Program-made: the position numbers and the translations under genes
Notes under the pieces: model-generated
What the model saw: the letters and a program-made list of their open reading frames with translations, nothing else
The model's database searches: none
What the model was told of the DNA's origin: nothing
Origin: Candidatus Omnitrophota bacterium
GTDB taxonomy: Bacteria > Omnitrophota > Gorgyraeia > Zapsychrales > JANLHA01
DNA length: 64,000 bases
Direction: 5' to 3'
Assembly: GCA_040753435.1 (NCBI GenBank)
Contig: JBFMEN010000029.1
Coordinates: 8,173-72,172, forward strand
Shown: positions 57,609 through 64,000 of the stretch, in pieces
Numbering within the stretch: position 1 is the first letter of the stretch
Layout of the letters: each line of letters begins with the position of its first letter

Positions 57609-59303
57609 ATGGATCAGGAACCCAACAGAAGAGCGGACTTTATCCGCCAGATTGTGGCAGACGATGTTGCCGCCGGAAAAAACGGAGGGATGGCCGTTAC
57701 CCGTTTTCCGCCGGAACCCAACGGGTATCTTCACCTGGGCCATGCCAAGTCCATCTGTCTTAATTTCGGGATCGCTCTTGAATTCGGCGGCCGCTGCCAT
57801 TTAAGGTTCGACGATACCAATCCGACGAAAGAAGAACAGGAGTATATTGATTCCATCAAAGAGGACGTGCGCTGGCTGGGTTTTGACTGGGGCAAACACG
57901 AATATTACGCGTCGGATTATTTCGACCGGCTGTATGAATGGGCCGTTAAATTGATTAACGACGGCAAGGCTTATGTCGACGATCTGACTATGGAGCAAAT
58001 CCGCGAGTATCGGGGGACTTTGACCAGGCCGGGCAGCAACAGCCCTTTTCGCAATCGTTCTGTTGATGAAAATCTGGACCTGTTCCGGCGGATGAAGGAC
58101 GGCGAATTCAAGGATGGTGAAAAAGTGCTGCGAGCCAAAATCGACATGTCTTCCCCCAACCTGAACATGCGCGATCCCGTTATGTACCGCATTCTTCACG
58201 CCAGCCATCACCGGACCGGAGACAAATGGTGTATTTATCCCATGTATGATTATGCCCATGGCCAGTCGGATTCCATTGAAGGGATCACCCATTCGATTTG
58301 TACGCTGGAATTTGAAAATCACAAGCCCCTTTATAACTGGTTTATTGAACAGCTTGGCATTTTTCCTTCTCATCAATACGAATTCGCGCGTTTGAATTTG
58401 ACATACACTGTCTTGAGCAAACGAAAACTTCTTGATTTGGTCAACAGCGGAGTTGTGGATGGCTGGGATGACCCGCGGATGCCCACTGTTTCCGGAATCA
58501 GACGCCGGGGGTACACTCCTGAAGCTGTCAGGAATTTTTGTGAGAAAGTCGGCGTTGCCAGGGTCGACTGCACCAACGAAGTCGCCTTGCTGGAACATTG
58601 CCTGCGGGAGGACCTGAACAAAAAGGCGTTAAGGGTCATGGGCGTTCTTGACCCGCTGAAAGTGACGATCATCAATTATCCGCAAGATCAAACCGAGGAA
58701 ATGGAAGCGGTTAATAATCCCGAGGATGAAACGGCCGGCAGACGGAAAGTGCCGTTCAGCCGCGAGCTTTATATCGAGCGGGATGATTTCATGGAAAACC
58801 CGTCGAAGAAGTTTTTCCGCCTTCAACCGGGCGGGGAAGTGCGTTTACGTTACGCCTATTTTATTACATGTAAAGAAATCGTTAAGAACGACAAGGGCGA
58901 GGTTGTTGAGCTGCGCTGTACTTACGATCCTCAAACGAGAGGCGGAGATTCTCCGGACGGGCGCAAGGTCAAGGGAACCATTCACTGGGTTTCTGCAAAT
59001 CATGCGGTTAAGGCCGAAGTCCGTTTATACGATCGGTTGTTTTTAAAAGAAAATCCGAATGACGTCGAGGAAGGGCATGATTTCAAAGAGTATTTAAACC
59101 CCGATTCCCTTAAAATATTAAAGGATTGTTATGTGGAGCCTTCCTTAAAAAATGCTGCTGCGCGGGTTCCCTATCAATTTGAGCGCAAAGGATATTTTTG
59201 TCTTGATTCAAAGGAAGCGTCTTCCGGGAGGCTTGTTTTCAATCGCACTGTTACCCTCAAAGACAGTTGGGAAAAAACTCAAACGGCTGCTTCCCGGGCA
59301 TAA
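57609..59303 (+). CDS. glnS: Glutaminyl-tRNA synthetase
   Basis: [37 protein letters not shown]. Confidence 0.98.
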   Translation: MDQEPNRRADFIRQIVADDVAAGKNGGMAVTRFPPEPNGYLHLGHAKSICLNFGIALEFGGRCHLRFDDTNPTKEEQEYIDSIKEDVRWLGFDWGKHEYYASDYFDRLYEWAVKLINDGKAYVDDLTMEQIREYRGTLTRPGSNSPFRNRSVDENLDLFRRMKDGEFKDGEKVLRAKIDMSSPNLNMRDPVMYRILHASHHRTGDKWCIYPMYDYAHGQSDSIEGITHSICTLEFENHKPLYNWFIEQLGIFPSHQYEFARLNLTYTVLSKRKLLDLVNSGVVDGWDDPRMPTVSGIRRRGYTPEAVRNFCEKVGVARVDCTNEVALLEHCLREDLNKKALRVMGVLDPLKVTIINYPQDQTEEMEAVNNPEDETAGRRKVPFSRELYIERDDFMENPSKKFFRLQPGGEVRLRYAYFITCKEIVKNDKGEVVELRCTYDPQTRGGDSPDGRKVKGTIHWVSANHAVKAEVRLYDRLFLKENPNDVEEGHDFKEYLNPDSLKILKDCYVEPSLKNAAARVPYQFERKGYFCLDSKEASSGRLVFNRTVTLKDSWEKTQTAASRA

Positions 59304-59519
59304 TTTTCTGATTTCCTGAAAAGACTGCTTTTTCTACTTTCTCCGCATCCCTGTCTTGGCACCGATTCAAAATTACGGGAACAGAGAGTTTTGTTAATTT
59401 TGATTTTGTTGGAATGCAGAAAAAAGAAGACAGCAGATCGAAAGTGCATCCGGAGATTTCGGATGGGAATTCATGATTAATCGGACATTTTTAATTCGTC
59501 ATTTTGTAATTTTAATGAA

Positions 59520-61139
59520 ATGAATACATTACTTCTCATAGGTCTGGCTGTTTTTCTAGGCGTGATTTCCGGAAAGTTTTTTCAAAGAATCAAAATTCCC
59601 CAGGTTGTCGGCTATATCCTGATCGGGCTGTTTATCGGTAAATCCTTTTTGCATATCTTTGAAGGACCGGTAATCGAAGGGATGATGCCGGTTGTTAATT
59701 TTACTCTCGGAATTATCGGATTTATTATCGGCGGATATTTAAAACGCGATGTTTTTTCCAAATACGGCAGATCCGTTTACGCCATTTTGCTTGGCGAAGG
59801 GATTCTGGCGTTTTTTCTTGTCGCAGCCGTTGTCACCTTAATTACAAAAAAATTATATCTTGGCCTTTTGTTCGGGGCGATCGCTTCGGCCACGGATCCT
59901 GCTTCTACGACCAGCGTTCTCTGGGAGTATCGTTCTAAAGGCCCTCTGACTACGACCCTTGCTTCTATTGTCGCCCTTGATGACGGCCTTGCGATCCTGC
60001 TTTACGGGTTTGCGAGTGTTTTTGCCAAGGCCATGGTCACCAAAGAAAGTTTTTCTTTATTGCATTCTTTTGGTTTGCCTTTGTGGGAAATTTGCCAGTG
60101 CGTGATTCTGGGGTGCCTTGCCGGTTTTTTGGTTAGCAAAAGTGTTTTGAAAATTCGTGAACGCGAGCTCGTGATCGCCTTTATCTTGGGGACGGTAGGG
60201 ATTGTGGCCGGAGTGTCGCTATGGCTGAGGCTGGATTTGATTCTTTCATGCATGGCTCTTGGGACTTTTGTCGCGAACAGTCTTCCTAAAAAAAGCGAGC
60301 CGATTTTCGCTTCGATCCGTGAAATGAGCGCGGCTTTATATATTTTGTTCTTTGTGGTCGTCGGCTCACAGTTGAACATCCAGGTTTTTTTTCAGACAAC
60401 CCTGTTGTTGACGGTGCTGGGATATCTGTTGTCCCGTTCCGCGGGAAAGATTTTTGGATCTATGCTGGGAGGAAAGATCGGAGGGGCGCGTCCTGAAGTT
60501 TCCCGTTATTCGGGAATCGCTCTGATGACGCAGGGCGGGGTTGCCATGGGCTTGGCTTTGTCAATCAGTCAGAATATGGCCATCAGCCTTCCGGTCGGAG
60601 GAAAAGAGATCGCGGTTCTTATTATGAATGTTGTGGCGGCGACAACTTTTATCGTCCAATTAATCGGGCCTCCCCTGGTTAAACTGGCGGTTACCAGGTG
60701 CAACGAAACCTTTAAGGATGTGACCAGGGAAGATATTGTTAATTCATTGAGCGTTAAGGATGTTATGCAAACAGATTTTGTTCCGGTTTCAGAAAATTCT
60801 TCGCTGGGGAAGGTGATTCAGGCTATCAAGGAAGGAGGAACTGACCATTCTCCCGTTTTTGGTCCTGAAGGCAGACACATAGGTTCGATCGCGCTTAATA
60901 ATTTAAAAGAGGCTTTATATGAAGAAGAATTGAAAGATTTGCTCCTGGCCGGGGATATTGCCGTGCCTGATCAATGGGTCGTTACGCAAGCCCAGTCGTT
61001 AAAGGAAGCGATGGAAATTTTTGAAGAACGGTATATTGATTATATCCCTGTGATTGAAAGCCAGGAATCCCCCAAGGTAATCGGTGTTTTAGAATATCCT
61101 TCTTTGATTCAAGTTATCAATCGAAAAATGCTTGTTTAG
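59520..61139 (+). CDS. Cation:proton antiporter (CPA) with C-terminal CBS pair
   Basis: Multiple TM helices, ATDPA, ALDD, QGGVAMGL; C-terminal VKDVM..CBS-like repeats. Confidence 0.88.
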   Translation: MNTLLLIGLAVFLGVISGKFFQRIKIPQVVGYILIGLFIGKSFLHIFEGPVIEGMMPVVNFTLGIIGFIIGGYLKRDVFSKYGRSVYAILLGEGILAFFLVAAVVTLITKKLYLGLLFGAIASATDPASTTSVLWEYRSKGPLTTTLASIVALDDGLAILLYGFASVFAKAMVTKESFSLLHSFGLPLWEICQCVILGCLAGFLVSKSVLKIRERELVIAFILGTVGIVAGVSLWLRLDLILSCMALGTFVANSLPKKSEPIFASIREMSAALYILFFVVVGSQLNIQVFFQTTLLLTVLGYLLSRSAGKIFGSMLGGKIGGARPEVSRYSGIALMTQGGVAMGLALSISQNMAISLPVGGKEIAVLIMNVVAATTFIVQLIGPPLVKLAVTRCNETFKDVTREDIVNSLSVKDVMQTDFVPVSENSSLGKVIQAIKEGGTDHSPVFGPEGRHIGSIALNNLKEALYEEELKDLLLAGDIAVPDQWVVTQAQSLKEAMEIFEERYIDYIPVIESQESPKVIGVLEYPSLIQVINRKMLV

Positions 61140-61190
61140 AAGCAAATTTACATCCAAGGCCGGCAAAGAGATCTCCGCGGGATAAAACCC

Positions 61191-61241
61191 TTGCCTATTC
61201 AAAGACAATGCGTATAATAACAATCGTACTAGAATTCACAA
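61191..61241 (+). promoter_or_regulatory. rex promoter with Rex-like operator
   Basis: TTGCCT-N16-TATAAT, then TCGTACTAGAATTCACAA (61224-61241) resembling TTGTGAA-N4-TTCACAA. Confidence 0.55.
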
Positions 61242-61291
61242 ATTACGGAACGAATCAGTTTTAAATTTATTTAGATGTATAAGAGGTTAAT

Positions 61292-61921
61292 ATGAAAAGA
61301 TTTCCGCAAAAAACCATTTCCAGAACATTTATGTATTTGCGGGTACTCGATTCTTTGATTGAGGGAGCGCGTGAGTTTGTTTCTTCCCAGGAAATTGCCG
61401 CTATGGCCGGGGTGGCGGATGTCCAGGTTCGTAAGGATATTTCTGCCTTCGGAAAAGTCGGACGCCCGCGGATTGGATATGAAACTGAAAAGTTGAAGCG
61501 CTTGCTGGAAGAGTTTATCGTTCAGAATGTTGTTCATGTCGTCCTTTTTGGCGTAGGCAACCTGGGTTCTGCCATTCTCCGGTATCCCGGATTCCGTGAG
61601 GATAAAGTTAAAATCCTGGCTGCTTTTGATAATGATCAGGAAAAAATCGGCAAAGCTATTAACGGGATCACAATTTATCCTGTTGAAAAAGCGGAATTGA
61701 TAATTCCCAAGAAACATATCGAAATCGGCGTTATCGCGACTCCAAAGCAAGCCAGCCAGCGGATTGCGGAAATCCTGGTTTCCTGTGGCATTAAGGGAAT
61801 TATTAATTTTTCTCCAACGACCGTTACAGTCCCAAAGGACGTGCATATTCGCAATATCGACCTCGCAGTTGAATTTTTAACGCTCTTCTGCGATATGGTT
61901 CATGACAGCAATCCCGGTTGA
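61292..61921 (+). CDS. rex: Redox-sensing transcriptional repressor Rex
   Basis: VSSQEIA, QVRKD.S.FG..G....GY, GVGNLG, AAFD, INFSP. Confidence 0.94.
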   Translation: MKRFPQKTISRTFMYLRVLDSLIEGAREFVSSQEIAAMAGVADVQVRKDISAFGKVGRPRIGYETEKLKRLLEEFIVQNVVHVVLFGVGNLGSAILRYPGFREDKVKILAAFDNDQEKIGKAINGITIYPVEKAELIIPKKHIEIGVIATPKQASQRIAEILVSCGIKGIINFSPTTVTVPKDVHIRNIDLAVEFLTLFCDMVHDSNPG

Positions 61922-61925
61922 CGCG

Positions 61926-62480
61926 ATGAGATTCAATAAAATTCATTTCTGTTTTCTTTTTTTTCTGCTCGGCTGCATAACGCTGTCAGGCTGTGACCGG
62001 ATTTATGGTTTTTTGCAGAAAGAAGGGGCTGAAGAGCTTGAGCTGATTGGCGAAATAAAACCTTTTGAACGCAATGAAAATGTGGCCCGAGTCCAGCTGA
62101 GGCTAAAGCTTTTTGGCTATGCGATCGGGAATGTTGACGGGGTTCTTGGTTCAAATACGCGAAACGCCATTGAAAAATTTCAGGAGGATAATGGTCTGAC
62201 GACATCGCGGTTCATTGATTATGCGACGTGGAAGCAACTGATGATTTTCGATGAGCTCGGGCTTATTATCAATGAAGAGACCAATCCTTTTATGATTCAG
62301 GTGGCCCTTAAAAACGCGGGTTATGAGGTTGGAAGCATTGATGGCAATCTGGGGCCGAAGTCTGTTGCGATGCTGAAGAAATTTCAAGAGAATGAAGGGT
62401 TGAAACCCGATGGAAAGATTGGTTTTAGAACGCTGAGCGCCCTTTCCAGATACTTGCCGATTTCCGAAGAAGCCCAATAA
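61926..62480 (+). CDS. Lipoprotein with two peptidoglycan-binding domains
   Basis: LSGC lipobox; two Q..L...GY..G..DG..G..(T/S)....KFQ...GL...G units. Confidence 0.85.
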   Translation: MRFNKIHFCFLFFLLGCITLSGCDRIYGFLQKEGAEELELIGEIKPFERNENVARVQLRLKLFGYAIGNVDGVLGSNTRNAIEKFQEDNGLTTSRFIDYATWKQLMIFDELGLIINEETNPFMIQVALKNAGYEVGSIDGNLGPKSVAMLKKFQENEGLKPDGKIGFRTLSALSRYLPISEEAQ

Positions 62481-62497
62481 AATGAAAAAATATGTTC

Positions 62498-62544
62498 TTG
62501 CACGAAAAAAATTTTTGTGATAAAATTCGTTAAAATTTTCACGA
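62498..62544 (+). promoter_or_regulatory. Promoter with Rex-like operator upstream of the response regulator/NuoEF-like operon
   Basis: TTGCAC-N17-TAAAAT (extended TG) directly followed by near-palindrome TCGTTAAAATTTTCACGA (62527-62544). Confidence 0.65.
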
Positions 62545-62580
62545 TTAAATACTAGCGGAGTCCAAATCAGGAGGAGAAGA

Positions 62581-62952
62581 ATGGCCAAGATTTTAATGGT
62601 AGATGATGATGTGGATTTTCTTGAAGCGGGCGCGAGAATTCTTGAATCCCGGGGGCACACGGTTTTATCGGCTTCAAATTGTCAGGACGGAGAGAGAAAA
62701 ATCAAAGCTGAAAGTCCCGATCTTGTTTTCCTGGATATTATGATGCAGCAGCCGGATGACGGGATTGTCCTTGCCCAAAAGCTGTACAAGGAAGGACTTA
62801 AAGTTCCTATCGTGATGTTAAGCGGGGTCGGAACTGTCACGGGATATGTTTATGATAAAGATGACGAGACTCTTCCCTGCAAAGAATTTTTGCAGAAACC
62901 GATTGATCCTGAAACATTAATTCAGACCGTAGAAAAAATCCTGAGCGAATAA
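62581..62952 (+). CDS. Single-domain response regulator
   Basis: ILMVDDD, PDLVFLDIMM, MLS, KP. Confidence 0.92.
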   Translation: MAKILMVDDDVDFLEAGARILESRGHTVLSASNCQDGERKIKAESPDLVFLDIMMQQPDDGIVLAQKLYKEGLKVPIVMLSGVGTVTGYVYDKDDETLPCKEFLQKPIDPETLIQTVEKILSE

Positions 62953-62976
62953 TCAGGACGATAAGGAGATGTGTTT

Positions 62977-63453
62977 ATGACAAAGATGTGTTCAATGCAA
63001 AAGAAAGTCATGAAAGATGGACAGGAGGTTTTAGTCTGTGATGACTCAAGATCCCAGTTGATGGAAATCCTGCAGGACATTCAGAGGGAGAAGGGCTTTA
63101 TTTCCGATGATGACATGCAAAATGTCGCCGATCGACTTGGAATCCATCCCGTCGAGGTTTATTCCGTTGTCACCTTTTATTCTTTTTTTAATACGCACCC
63201 AAAAGGGCAAAATATCATCAGAGTCAGCATGTGTATTTCCTGCGTGATGGCCGGGGCGGAGGAAGTCCTCAAGGCGTTTGAAAAAGCGCTGGGGATCAAG
63301 GCCGGCGAAACCACTGCAGATAAAAAATTTTCATTGGAAAAAACCAGCTGTATCGGGATGTGCGATCAGTCTCCTGCGGTCCTGATCAATGACCGGCTAA
63401 TCGGTCATGTTCGTCCCGAGTCAGTTCAGTCTCTTCTTAATGATTTGAAATAA
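62977..63453 (+). CDS. NuoE-like 2Fe-2S subunit (HydC/HndA/HoxE type)
   Basis: VVTFYSFF, GETT.D.KFSL, CIGMCDQSPA; first Cys pair region reads SMCISC. Confidence 0.88.
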   Translation: MTKMCSMQKKVMKDGQEVLVCDDSRSQLMEILQDIQREKGFISDDDMQNVADRLGIHPVEVYSVVTFYSFFNTHPKGQNIIRVSMCISCVMAGAEEVLKAFEKALGIKAGETTADKKFSLEKTSCIGMCDQSPAVLINDRLIGHVRPESVQSLLNDLK

Positions 63454-63468
63454 TTGAAGGAGGATCAA

Positions 63469-64000
63469 ATGTCAGATAAAAGAACGGGTTCGATCATCTT
63501 CAGCCACATCGAACCTTTTGCCGGCCTTAATGCCGCGCTGTCCAAAACAAAAATCGATATTCTTTCTGAAGTAAGAAATTCAAATTTGCGCGGAAGAGGG
63601 GGCGCCGGCTTTCCCACCGGGATTAAATGGAATCTCGCCGCTTCGGCTAAAGAAGAAAAAAAATATGTTGTTTGTAACGCGGACGAAGGCGAGCCGGGGA
63701 CATTTAAAGATCGTGTTTTATTAACCGAGATGCCCGAGATTCTTTTCGAAGGCATGACTATCGCCGCTTATGCGATTGGCGCCGATGAAGGGCTTGTTTA
63801 TCTTCGCGGAGAATATAGTTCGTTTTTCCCTCGGCTTGAGAAGGTTTTACAGGATATGAGAGCGGCCGGGCGCCTGGGAAAAGACATTCTAGGCAAGACC
63901 GGATTCAATTTTGATATTCAGATCCGCATGGGCGCTGGCGCCTATGTCTGCGGGGAAGAAACCGCCTTGATTGAATCCATGGAGGGCCAGCGCGGCGAGC
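63469..64000 (+). CDS. NuoF-like FMN/NADH-binding subunit (HydB/HoxF type), partial
   Basis: Manual translation: LRGRGGAGFPTGIKW, CNADEGEPGTFKDR, GAGAYVCGEETALIESMEG; SD AGGAGG. Confidence 0.93.
   Translation, partial: MSDKRTGSIIFSHIEPFAGLNAALSKTKIDILSEVRNSNLRGRGGAGFPTGIKWNLAASAKEEKKYVVCNADEGEPGTFKDRVLLTEMPEILFEGMTIAAYAIGADEGLVYLRGEYSSFFPRLEKVLQDMRAAGRLGKDILGKTGFNFDIQIRMGAGAYVCGEETALIESMEGQRGE

Overview
Replication-origin region of a bacterial chromosome. It is probably Candidatus Omnitrophota (OP3), an inference from the giant-protein N- and C-terminal motifs and gene content. Gene orientation switches at dnaA/rpmH: nitrilase, tRNA-Glu, gyrA, gyrB, dciA, dnaN and dnaA lie on the minus strand and everything from rpmH onward lies on the plus strand. 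The housekeeping backbone runs rpmH-yidD-yidC-jagN-parS-parAB-yicC-gmk-rpoZ-coaC-tRNAs-thrS-infC-rpmI-rplT-pheST-6S RNA-rarA, then ygfA-rny-ymdB-PilZ-gltX-tRNA-Gln-ktrBA-GH-glnS-antiporter-rex-nuoEF-like. It is interrupted at about 25.2-47.9 kb by a ~21 kb giant gene and a sigma54-type PEP-CTERM gene. The giant gene appears as three ORFs offset by two -1 frame breaks (~7,065 aa if joined). It encodes a signal peptide, HExxH, vWA, tandem AAA+, ~37 HEAT-like repeats, DxA(M/I)L module boundaries and a C-terminal GGIDLN motif. Intergenic DNA holds several families of small palindromic elements, some nested in each other: GTAG-REP, CGGCAGRCAGG hairpins, 4+4 octamer hairpins, a 30-bp double hairpin and a 103-bp MITE-like repeat. 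A GIY-YIG nuclease sits inside a tRNA-Val duplication. rnpA, recF and mnmE/mnmG/rsmG are absent from their usual positions. No database searches were run; all family calls come from motif recognition.
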